Below, one piece after another: positions 1 to 11,267 of a stretch of DNA of 40,903 bases. A program made the translations under genes and the position numbers. Origin of the DNA: Conidiobolus incongruus B7586. Its lineage: Eukaryota. Where the stretch lies: assembly GCA_000697335.1 (NCBI GenBank), contig JNEM01006361.1, forward strand, positions 1 through 40,903. The letters run 5' to 3'. Under the pieces are notes generated by a model. That model ran no database searches and was not told the DNA's origin. It saw nothing but the letters and a program-made list of their open reading frames with translations. Every line of letters starts with the position of its first letter. Position 1 is the first letter of the stretch.

Positions 1-1286
1 TCTTTTTTCTTATATATTAAATATTTATTTACTAGAATTTCAAAATATATTTTGATTTAATTTATTATATTAAAATATATTTTAATAAAGGATTATATAA
101 AAGAATTTATAATATATCAATTTTAATTATTTTAGTTTTTTAATTAATAATTAAGTTATAAAATTTTTATTTTTATATTTTTATTATTAAAACTTGGTTT
201 AAATACTAATATATATAATATACTAGTTCAATTAATATTAAAATATTTTAATTATTTTTTAATAAATATTAAAAAATTATTTTTCAATATATATATTTTA
301 TTTTATTTATAATTAAAAAAATGGTTAAAATTAATTTTCTATATATTGATAATGTTATAGTTAATTTCCCTTTTAATTTTAAAATAATTGATCTAGCAGT
401 AAATAAATTTAAATAAAATATTATTTATATAAATTGCATTTTAATAACATGTGGTTAAGGTTTAATAATATTAAAACAAAAAATTGTTAATAATTATTAT
501 TTAATTTAAGTATGAGTAAATTAAGCAAAGAATATTTAGTGAAAAATAATATATATAGTTTAAAATTATATACTCTGCTATTAGTTTTTTAAATAATTTT
601 CTTTGAAACTTAACAAATATTTGAAAAATAAGAAAAAAGTCTCACTTTTTTGATTCTAAGTTAATATTTAGATTGCAAAATTTAATATTTAATATCAAAA
701 TTAAAAATCTTATTTTTAATATGGTGAAAGAAAGTATAATCAGGTATTTATTTTAATTGTGAAATTATGTTGAATATTTTATTATTTCAATTTCACCAAA
801 ATTATTTTGAAAATTTTATAACAAGAATGTATTATCGAATTTTATCTTGAGAATAATTTTTTCACTAGGAAAACCTTAAAATTGAGAAGTTATTTTATGT
901 ATCAGAAACAAACATTTTGATACTGCTTTAATACGGAACATCATTTTCAAGTTGAATAGACTATGTATACTTTAAAAAATAACCAGAAAAATGATTGATA
1001 AGAATTTTTATTATTTATCAATATTACGAATTTTGAAAAGTTAAAGCGATATGGTTTTTAGCTGATATCAATATTTCCATTGTAATTATTTAAAATTAAA
1101 TGTGACTTGGATAATGAATCATATTTCATTAATTACTATCCATCTATTAATTGCAAAAAAGTTATATGAATATACTGATATATTAGATCAGTTACTTATC
1201 ATTCTTAACTTGAAAAGAAAAAGCTCAAAATAGAATACAAATATCCAATAAGAGCATTGATAAAATACATAGATTCCTTAAATTTA

Positions 1287-1637
1287 TTAATTAGTTTTCA
1301 CATATTGAAAATTGAATTTTTTGTTTTCGTTAAATGGACCTATTGGAGGAGGAGGAGGATACCAAGGATGATAGTAATAAGGATAAGGATATGGATAATA
1401 GCCTGGATAAGTACCCTGAGAACTGGCTCCCGTGTTGATAATCAAATTACCCGAACCCCCATCTTCCTTTTTCCGGTCATCACGAGTCATATCGTCACTT
1501 TCTGGGAACCCATCACGGCTATCAAAGTCGCCACTGTCACCTAATAGAGCATCAACTAAAGGGGATGGTATACTAACGACGAATTTTGATAGGCATAGAA
1601 GACTCACCAATAAGCACTTTGACAATTTCAGCATCAT
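1287..1637 (-). CDS. Small secreted Tyr/Pro-rich protein (116 aa)
   Basis: Intronless ORF with a hydrophobic N-terminus (LLVSLLCLSKFVVS|IPSP), an acidic middle, a basic RKK site and C-terminal YPGYYPYPYPYYYHPWYPPPPP. GC is higher than the flanks. Confidence 0.75.
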   Translation of the reverse strand: MMLKLSKCLLVSLLCLSKFVVSIPSPLVDALLGDSGDFDSRDGFPESDDMTRDDRKKEDGGSGNLIINTGASSQGTYPGYYPYPYPYYYHPWYPPPPPIGPFNENKKFNFQYVKTN

Positions 1638-1985
1638 TAGGAGCGTGAATGAATAGAATTAATTAGAAATATTAATTGTAATTACCACCATTACTATACT
1701 GATTATATACTATCTTGATTCTTCAATTCTTGAACATGTAACTACTTAGAAACTTATTTCAAACCCCTTAAGTACTTTTTCAAATTGAATTAAATTTTGT
1801 GTTGGGTTGATCAAACCTGAATTTGATTTCAATTTTCAATTTGGAAGGAATGATAAATTTGGCAGAGATAGGTAACACAATACCAAATTCATCCAAGAAT
1901 ACCCATAAATCAAAAATATTCAAATAAGAATATTTATTATGGTAATAATTTGAGTTAGGCAAGTATAAAATAGGTATACATAGAA

Positions 1986-3403
1986 ATGACTGAGAGTGAT
2001 CAAATAGAAATTTTATTAAGAGAAATTGCGCTTCAATCAAAAAATCCAGTTGTCAAAGATTGCTACAAAGTCTATCAAGTAATTAATATTCCAATTATTC
2101 ATTTTATAAAAATCATTTACCTGTTAATTTAGCACTGTAAAGAAGTAAAATTAAATTTAAAAGGAATCCAAGAATGTGCTCAAAAATTACAAATTTCTTT
2201 TAATACTAGTAAATTTGAATTTAAATCTTGGAAGGATAACACTCTAAACCCTAAAGTTGCTAATAATTTTGCTTTGAATTGGTAATTATTCAACTATATT
2301 CATTAATTAACACTATTTTGTTTATAAATTTAGGATATTTTGGATTGATTGTATGAATTTTTCATTTTGGTCAGATTTGGAATTGAATCCAAAATTAACC
2401 CAATCCGAATTAGCAGCCCAAAAATATGGTGTGATGTACGATGGGGAGTTGTATCAGGGCTACTGGTCCTTGTGCGCTTGCTACAATCGTGCTATTGACA
2501 ATGGTATCCCCGTTTTAGATCCCAATTGGATTTTGGGTGCTTCTGAAGACGATTTGAAGTCTATTTTCTATTCTGACTACTCTACAGTTGAGCCCTATCC
2601 TCCTCTTTTGAATGATCGTATCAGAGTGTTAAAACAAACAGCCGAAATCTTGATTAATGTATACCCAAAATTGATTGAATTCTCTCAAAGCTATATTAAA
2701 TATTTATATTTTAGAAATTTAATGGTAAAGTTGAAGAATTATTAGTACAAAGTGGCAAAAGTGCTCTAAAATTGGTTGATTTGGTTACTTCGAACTTCCC
2801 ATCATTCAAAGATGAATTTTTGTTCAAAAATGAAAAGAGTAGGCAATGCACTAACATGGCATATTTTTAATTATTAATTCAATTCTCAATATTTAGTCAA
2901 AATTCATAAAAGAGCTCAAATTTTAGTTGCTGATATTTGGTAAATTCATATATTATTTATTATCAAATAATTTTGAACTTATCGTTAATTTAGGGGATGT
3001 TTTGAAGGAAAAGATTATGGTGAATTTAATGATATTAATGAAATTACAATGTTTGCAGATTATAGGTAATATATTTAAGTCCATCATAATTATATTTCTC
3101 AACAATTCCTTTAGAGTACCACAAGCTCTTTTATATTTTGATACACTTGTATACAGTCCTGAATTACGTCGAAAATTGAGTCAAACATTCGATGTTTTAC
3201 CATCAGGAAGTGATTTAGAATTAGAAATACGAATTATGTCAATTTTATCGGTGGAATTAATTCGATATTATTTAATTAAGAATAATCAGGACACTGAATG
3301 GAATTCTATTTTAATAGATTTTTACTTATGGGGATATGCCAAATATTTTAAAGAAGATTTGGAAAATTATCCAATTCATAGAACTAGATCGGTTTTTTAT
3401 TAG
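1986..3403 (+). CDS. QNG1: Queuosine salvage protein / queuosine 5'-phosphate N-glycosylase (DUF2419, QNG1/C9orf64 family), 7 exons
   Basis: Manual splicing from ATG 1986 (introns 2079-2132, 2282-2333, 2659-2714, about 2839-2896, 2940-2993, 3066-3114) gives the family motifs MNFSFWS, GYWSLCA, KRAQILVADIW, TMFADYRVPQAL, IDFYLW and HRTRSVFY*. Confidence 0.9.
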
Positions 3404-3710
3404 ATTTAATAATAAATAATTTTAAATTCTATTACTAATTTAGATTCATGTGTATGAATTTCCTTTTCAATTCAATAATCACAGGTTTAATATTGATTTG
3501 TATTAAAATTCAAATGAAATTTCATGATCTCCAATTCCAAGGAGTTTCATTAAGATATTGAGCATAATCTAATATCAAATTATCTCCAAAACGTTTTAAA
3601 TCCAATCGATATTATTTATTATCTAACTTATATAAATCTTTTTTGTTATTTGATTAATTCAAATTTTTCAATTGATTCAATATTGCATTTGAAAAATTCT
3701 AATTAATGTT

Positions 3711-4058
3711 ATGGTGCAATAGATCTCAACAATTTTGACATTTGTAAGCTTTGAACTTCTACAAGGTGCACCGTTATTTCAAGCAGTTATCCTACCACCC
3801 GAAAGCCATTCCCAACCTGACAATAATTCCAATTCTTCAAAAGGTCCCATTATTTTGAATGCTGACAGTAATGGATCAGTGAATCAAATTGTAACTAATA
3901 ATATTACTAATAGTTATTACCCATTTCGACCATATTTCCCCTATTATCCTTATTATCTCCTCTATACATATCCTTGGTACTTGCTATTCCCGAATCCTTT
4001 CAAACCTTTTGGACAGGATGATAGATTGAAAGATAGTGATATAATAATTTTAATATAA
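3711..4058 (+). pseudogene. Tyr/Pro-rich secreted protein paralog with an in-frame TAG at codon 4
   Basis: ATG GTG CAA TAG ATC TCA ACA ATT TTG... reads MVQ*ISTILTFVSFELLQG|AP (signal-peptide-like) and is then open to 4058, with SYYPFRPYFPYYPYY..YPWY..PFKPF resembling the 1287-1637 product. Confidence 0.55.
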
Positions 4059-4444
4059 ATATTAATTGATCAATCGAAATTTTGATAATATTGAAAATAG
4101 TTTTATATCCAAATACTAATTTAATTGAATTATTCTACATATAATTTAAACAAAACAAATATAATAGTATCTTGTATACCTAGATACTGTTATTATTATC
4201 GTTCCCCAAGTTCTATTATATATATATATATATATTTTGGAAATTTTATTTAATTTTAACATTCAATTATTTTTCATAATATTGCAATAATTATCTTTTT
4301 CAATTTTCTAAATTTTCAAATACACTAAATTTAATTGAAATTTAACCCATAATTATATTAATAATAACTCCAATCTATTTAATTTAAACCGATAATGATG
4401 TGACTTATAATTAATTCTCATAATTACAAATTAAATAAATTAAT

Positions 4445-5425
4445 ATGATTTTAGATCCTGGTAAATAATTAAATAAATAAAACACAAAAAAATATATTAA
4501 TATTTGATTAGCCATTCGCGATTGGGTCCTAGTCCCAATTATGATAGTCATGATATTAGTAGGAGTGTTGAGAACACAGATAAACAACTTAATTACAAAA
4601 CAACCTACTATCAAGAATATTAAAGAGTTGAGAGAGAAGTAAATACTTATTCATATCATTTTAATATTTTTATCTTACATTTTGTGTTAATTAGACAGGC
4701 TTTGACTCGCAGTATCCAGCTACGTAGCAATGGTAACCATTTAAATAGAGAAAGATTTTTAATGAGACAGGCATACTTGTTAGAAGCATTCCACAACGAA
4801 ACTTACTTGAATAAATCCAATTCCGGAAATTCTAATTCTACTGATATGTTGACAAATCCAGCTATGTTGGAACAGATGACAGAAGGAGTGATAAAGAATG
4901 TAACGAATTTCATTCCTCAAACGGTTATTATGGGCTGGATTAATTTCTTTTTTACTGGGTTTATTATTGGTAATTATAGAATATTTATTATTATTCTAAA
5001 AAGTTAATAATAGTGGATATCATATAGTTAAATTGCCTTTTCCTTTGACTTTGCGATTTAAGAGCATGTTACAGAGAGGTATTGAAACGAGTGAAATGGA
5101 TGTTACTTGGGTATCATCTCTTTCTTGGTACTTTTTAAATTTATTCGGTTTAAGAGCCGTTTTCAATCTACTATTGGGAGAGAATAATGGTAAATAATTT
5201 GTAATAAATTCTAATGAAACTAGTACTAACATTTAATTAGCTGTCGATGGTTTGAAAGATATGCAAAGTATGGGAGGAATGGGAGCTATGAATCTATTTC
5301 CAGGACAAACACCTGATCTGTCCAAAGTATTTAAGGGAGAACGAGAAAATTTGGAAATTGCGCATCATCAGTTTAAATTGGATGGTATTGAGCAGAGAAT
5401 ATTAGATCAGTATAATGCTGATTAA
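4445..5425 (+). CDS. EMC3: ER membrane protein complex subunit 3, 5 exons
   Basis: Spliced product has [15 protein letters not shown]..., [18 protein letters not shown] and [41 protein letters not shown], which are hallmark EMC3 motifs. Stop TAA at 5423-5425. Confidence 0.93.
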
Positions 5426-5474
5426 ATGAATGGGTTATATGTATGAAGATTTTATGGATTTTATTAAGAATAAA

Positions 5475-6311
5475 TTAGTCAGAGCATTCATCTTCGACTG
5501 TTCCATTAATTTTTAATTCGCTTTCAATGCTTACTTGTGCAGTGGTTGATACACTAGTGGTCGTATTAACTGGTTCTGTATTTTTATTAGAGCCACTTTC
5601 AATACTTGTAGTTGAATTATTTAAGTTAACTTTTATACTATCATTATTAATTTGATTGATATTAGGGGATAACGCTGTAATGGAGTTGTGTAGATTATGT
5701 AAAGATGATCTTATGTCAAAGTTTTCATTATTATCTGTATCATGATTAATTGTTCCATTAGATTCAGTATTAGGTTGTTTTGATATGGATATACCATTCA
5801 ATTGACTTTCATCCAACTCTGTAGCATTATTCAACTGGTCCAAAACCTTTTCACCCACTTGATCGCTTTCAAATGCGTCCCAATTCGTGACCAGCAGCCC
5901 ATCTCTTCTCACTAAGAATCCCAACTTGAACAGTGTATGATATGTGCTCTTAGGCACTCCAATGAATTGTGCCAAATGTCGAAACGTCCTGCATCCATCG
6001 CTCTCCGACACTCTCAATCTTTCTTTATAAAGCTTTTTGAAGTCTTTTCGTTTCGTACGCACCAGTTTGAAGCAGTTGTTGCCAGCGTTCAAATAATCAA
6101 TGCCTCGGGCTTCGTATTCTTTGCATGTGCGCCACAGCCTCCATACAAAAAATTTGGAGAGATGAAAGATGTTACAGCACTTTTGAACGGATTTATGGTC
6201 GATTTTCCCTTTGGCATCGTACTGCCCTTTCAAGTACGATGCAACGACCAATTTGCGATCTGGTGATAATCGTATTCTAGGTTTTTTAGTAGAATTTTCC
6301 TCTTGTTCCAT
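5475..6311 (-). CDS. Protein with a mariner-type (plant/oomycete Tc1-mariner-like) bipartite HTH DNA-binding region and an N/S/T-rich tail; no DDD catalytic domain
   Basis: Intact 278-aa ORF. RLSPDRK..KGKIDHKSVQKCCNIFHLSKFFVWRLWR and RTFRHLAQFIGVPKSTYHTLFKLGFLVRR resemble the two HTHs of Osmar/PPmar-type transposases. The remainder is low complexity. Confidence 0.7.
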   Translation of the reverse strand: MEQEENSTKKPRIRLSPDRKLVVASYLKGQYDAKGKIDHKSVQKCCNIFHLSKFFVWRLWRTCKEYEARGIDYLNAGNNCFKLVRTKRKDFKKLYKERLRVSESDGCRTFRHLAQFIGVPKSTYHTLFKLGFLVRRDGLLVTNWDAFESDQVGEKVLDQLNNATELDESQLNGISISKQPNTESNGTINHDTDNNENFDIRSSLHNLHNSITALSPNINQINNDSIKVNLNNSTTSIESGSNKNTEPVNTTTSVSTTAQVSIESELKINGTVEDECSD

Positions 6312-6738
6312 AGTGGGTTAAAGTTGAATTGATTTTTAGGTTTTTGATTGTAGGAATAGCCTTTGATTAGGATTGAGTTTATTCGATACTAATACAAAAT
6401 AAAAAGAATTGCTTTCGTGGGATTTTTTATATTATTAATTTTATTCAACAAGAATCACCAATATTATTTATTCAATTAAAGAAAAATATTCTAAATAAAC
6501 GGAATAAAAGATGTGTATAAAAAATAATGATATTATAATATTAATAAAAATAACTAATTTTGGATTTATACCAACTATAAATATGAATTTGGAATCGATT
6601 TGATTAATCTGAAATTTGATTCAAATATAAATGAACTAAATATATATGTAAATATATTTCTAAACAGGTACAATGTATAAAAATTAATCAAAATAAATAA
6701 AAAATTTTAATAATAAAATCAAAACTTTGAAAAATAAA

Positions 6739-8367
6739 TTAAATAGTAGAATGGAGACGTTCTTGAAGGATTCACCTTTGGCAATTTTCTACCTCCTTAT
6801 GCCAATTATTTCTTAAGAGCACAGTTAATACAAACACTGCACAGAGGAAGAGAGCTAAGCACAAATCCCACTAGAAACCAACAACGCCCATATTGTAGTC
6901 AATGCCAAGGACGTAACCAATAGGGAATCTAATGATGTAGTAGCCGGTTAAGTTTACGATGGCTCCGATAGGTCACTTGCCTTGGCCTCTTAATAATCCA
7001 CCACTTACTGCTGAAATACCATTGAAAATCTAGAATAATTGATTAATAAGGTTGAAAATATGGAATAAATTGATACTTACTTGGAATAGAGCAACAATAG
7101 GTAACAAAGTATTCACTAAAGAGGCAACTAAAGGATTGTCAGTAAACAAATGCGACTAGAAGCTTCTAAAAATAGTCAAACCGCTTGAATTGCATTGTGC
7201 AAAGATCAATGCAAGGGTAATTGCAATGTAAGCAGTGAATCTAGAAGCGTTGGGTTTAGCACTTCCTAATTGATTGCCCATGCGGTTGGATGAAGCAGCA
7301 CTCAAACTCATAGGAATCATATAGAAGAGATCACAAATGGGTATGAGGATAGAGTGGGCAGCTAATTGGGTATTGCCAAAATAAGCGATTAAAAGTGCAA
7401 TAATTTCAAAAGCCCACCACTTGGAACAGATCATAAGAATAACGGGAATCCCTAATCATCATAGTCAGTTGAGGCGAATATAATGCAACTATATAAAATA
7501 AATACCTTATTTTAAGAATGGACCCCATTCAGTTAAAGCCTGTTTAGAAAATTCACTCCAGGCATTCTTACCCCTAACTAAAACAACATACACAATGCCA
7601 AACATCAACATGAGCCAATTGCTGATAGATTCAGCTAAAGGAGCGCCAATGAAGCCCTAACCTACAGTTGGATGATTGACCAACGCATAGTTTAGCGCAA
7701 TATTAAGGGGAAAGATCAACATCAAAATATTAGTAGCATTTATAATCTCCTAACACTGCAAAAATTTCTTCAAATTCTCAGAAATGTGAAATGGATGAGC
7801 TCCAATTAATAAGAATTTGAGGTATAAATTACTCAAAGTGAGCAATCCTTCGTCAATATTCAGAAATTTTAAAATATTGTAGAAATACCACCAGATTAGG
7901 GAGATGGGGCAGAAAATGAGAATATTGAGTATCATACCGCGTCGAAAGTGGATCCCTACCAAATGAGGATTGTCTGAATCTGTGAATGCTTGGCTGCATA
8001 ACGTATCCAGAGCTGTCGCTAAACCCATACACACCGACCAGCCAGTCACTGAAGTGAAAATATTCGCTAGGGCGGAAGCTGAAAGGTATTCAGATCTCTA
8101 AATTCTAATTTGATAATTGTTCAATGAAATTCATCTAAACAGGTTTTACCTAGTGTCTTAAACTAAACAAACTAACTAGAAGGATAGTTTGCTGTAATAA
8201 ATAAGCTAACACGACTGGTAAAGTCCTCTTCAAGAAAATGAAGTTTTCTTTCCTGATATCTGATCACTTGGCATTTAGTGAAATATCCCTTATTGAGATA
8301 TTTCCTGAAGGAACAAGTGAAGTAGTCACAGTTAGATGATTATCATTGCTATTGTTATTAAAAACAT
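6739..8367 (-). pseudogene. MATE-family efflux transporter pseudogene (ERC1-like), introns retained
   Basis: MATE motifs GLATALDTLCSQAF, GFIGAPLA, WWAFE, RMGNQLG and GLLRGQG are present. Three GT-AG introns remain. Nine in-frame stops: 8264, 8150, 7750, 7657, 7507, 7156, 6973, 6871, 6772. Confidence 0.9.
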
Positions 8368-9123
8368 AAATTTCTATCTATTATTAATTTTAATCTATAT
8401 ATAAGGGAAATAAAAAATAAGAATTAATAGGAAGAGTAATAATTTATATAGGTTTATTTGAAAGGTAATTTAGCCCTCTAATCATTCGAAGAGAAACTAG
8501 ATAAATTAAATAAATTGATATAAAATATTGAGTTTAAACATTTTAACTTATGATTGATCATTTTTCAAAATTGGTCCTTATCCACCAAGTTTTTGTAGTC
8601 GTAATATATTACAAGTAATCAAACTCTTATAATTATCACTTGTAGTTGAATGTCTTTGATATTGTTAAGATAAGTTCATATCCTTTTGCAATATCTGATA
8701 TTTACCACAATAATATATATTTAAATCAATGTTTCATTTAATTATTTTTTAAATCAGATCTCCATAATCCATTGTCAAATGTAAAAATTCACTTTAAAAA
8801 GCAAAATGTCACCTTTTGAAATTACAAATTACAGCACATTAATTAGGTATAATTGGAAAATTGTAATTTTTCATATTCAACTTTCAAATTATTGATGAAT
8901 GCTGCACAACATGTAGTCAAATATCAGCTATTATAAGTTGATAGATACTATAATAAATTATCTAGTGGCGTAGACATATTATTTAGTATAATATTTTTAA
9001 TAAATTTTATAATTATAACCCATTAATTTTATTAACCTAAATATTTTTGTTTTAAGTAAATAATTCTCACTTAGATATCGACACTGGCTGGGAAGTCAAG
9101 TGTCCAATAACTTTTAAGTAAAT

Positions 9124-9412
9124 TGTCGTCTTCCGGGACGGCACCTGTTTGGTGATATAAAATGGGTAATTTATTGTTTAACCTGGATTATTGGGCTGTA
9201 CCCTAGGAAGAGGACCGACGTGATAACTTGGTTGTAGTTGGCAAATTTATAGTTTGCTTGACGTGTCTTCCCAACGTACGAACCGTACGTCGGATGGAAC
9301 GATTGATTGCATTGCTCGGGTGTATTTTGTGGTCACGTTGCATGTGGATCTGTGGCGGGGTTCTCGAATGAATTGAATTGTTAAGGACGAACGGGTCCTC
9401 CGGCCCGTGACA
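9124..9412 (-). mobile_element. Probable solo LTR (289 bp)
   Basis: GC-rich island bounded by TGTC...GACA. On the minus strand a TATAAAT is followed by AATAAA near the 3' end. Flanks AAAT/ATAT are an imperfect TSD. Confidence 0.55.
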
Positions 9413-10598
9413 ATATTTATTAATACTCCCACTTGTATCCCATCATTTAGATTCATTTATTTTTACCCTTACAAATGATTTTTGTTGAATTATACAACTG
9501 GATACAATAAGTTTATTTCATTATTGTTGAATCAAAAACACATACAGTAATTTTGTTATTGTTGTATTTATAATAAGTTTTAGAATTAAAGATGGTTTTT
9601 AGAAAAGTACTTGTAACATGATTTAGTAAATTATTTATTAATCCTTTATGTCCTAAAACTTACTGTTGAGATATTGTAGCAGAATATTTAGAAAAAAACT
9701 TTATTTCTATCTTTATCACTTTTGGGGTTTAAATAGTTGGTTCAATGAAGGATATGGTATTTGGTTAAAGTTTAGCAAAGAGGACAGAGTGAACAAAAAG
9801 TATCCTTTAATTATAGGCTGACAAAACCTGCTTAAAAAGAAGTAATATTGGTTTAACTATCAAATTGGGATAGGCGTTTAATTTTGAAATACATCATTAT
9901 GAATAAATTAAATGAATTTTTAAGTTGAATATAAATTGAATATTTTTCATATATTCAATCAAAACCTATTTAACAAAAAAAGCTCTATAGACTTCACACT
10001 AATAATAAAGATTTTGATAATATATAATTGAGATGATATATATACTAATATCAAATAAAATATATTAAATATTTTTATAAATGAGATAATTTGAAAAATA
10101 ATATCAATTTACAAATTTATAAAAAATTTTAATCAATATAAATTTTCTAAAAATTAAATAAAATTACATTTGACTTATAAAATAGTGGAATAGATACAGC
10201 TAATTAAGTATTATACAACTTCATATTGATTTATTAATACACTATTTATAACAATAGTATATTACCATCAAGATATTTGATTATTAATTCCAGCTATTTA
10301 ACAACATTCAAAAACGTTCAAATAAAGGATAATAGATTAATATTCAGAAAAATATATAGATGAAATTGAATTTTAATTTTTAAATTGAAATTTAATTTTA
10401 ACTAAATACTATAGATATGAAATTGATATTTCAAAATTTGTTGCAATTTTGTAAAAAAAAGCAAATATAAGAAAATGATTTTTGAATTGATATCCCATAA
10501 TTCACAGTATGAAAACGATCCTATTTAATTCCTTATATACATCAATTTATCAAAAATAAATTGAAAAAATATATTAAATTATAAATATTATATTCATA

Positions 10599-11194
10599 AT
10601 GAGTTTAATGTTTAAATTATTTCAAAGACAAAGCGTGTCTAGTAAATTAATTAATAATAATTTAGTTAGATTTTACTCAGATGGTAACTTCAATAATTAA
10701 TTTATATTTTTAAAATTAACATTTAGATAGAAGTTGCCAATACCATTTTAACCCAATTAAAATCTGATTTAAAGGCCAGTATGAAAGCTAGAGATAGCTT
10801 TAGATCTGGTTTAATTCGCGCCTTGTTATCTGATATTTCTTACGCCGAAAAAGCTATGGAGCCAGGTACCAAATTACTCAGAGATTCTGAATTAGCTCCT
10901 CTCTTGTTCAAAGCTATCGAACGTAGAAAAGATTCTGTTGAACAGTACAAAGCTGGAAATCGCAGCGATTTGGTTGAAGTTGAAGAGAAGGAAATTGAGT
11001 TAATTAAAGCTTATTTGCCTTTGCCTTTGACCGAGGAAGAAATTTTGACTGAAGTTAAGAAGATTGCGGACGAACTGGGATTAAAATCTGTTAAGGATAT
11101 GGGCAAATTGATGGCTGGTCTTCAGTTAGATGCTACTAGAGCTCCCAAAGCTGTAGTAGCTCAAGTTGCTAAGAAATATTTGCAATCGCTCTAA
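10599..11194 (+). CDS. AIM41: Mitochondrial YqeY/GatB-domain protein (Aim41-like), 1 intron
   Basis: Presequence-like MSLMFKLFQRQ...VRFYS, intron about 10684-10730, then LKSDLKASMKARD..., RRKDSVEQYKAGNRSDLVEVEEKEI..YLP and KDMGKLM. Confidence 0.88.
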
Positions 11195-11267
11195 ATTTTA
11201 GAATTGTTTCAGAATTATCGAATTAAATTACTAATTGAGAATTCTTTTATTTAAATATATGAATAAA

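Noticed and set aside
6739..8367. Stop-codon reassignment (TAG/TAA read as Leu or Trp), suggested by the many in-frame stops
   Set aside because: All three stop types occur, at positions expecting different residues. Missense damage accompanies them. TAG, TAA and TGA terminate intact genes normally (QNG1, PDI1, ADA1).
9247..9456. 69-aa ORF
   Set aside because: It spans the boundary of the LTR-like island and is better explained as non-coding element sequence.
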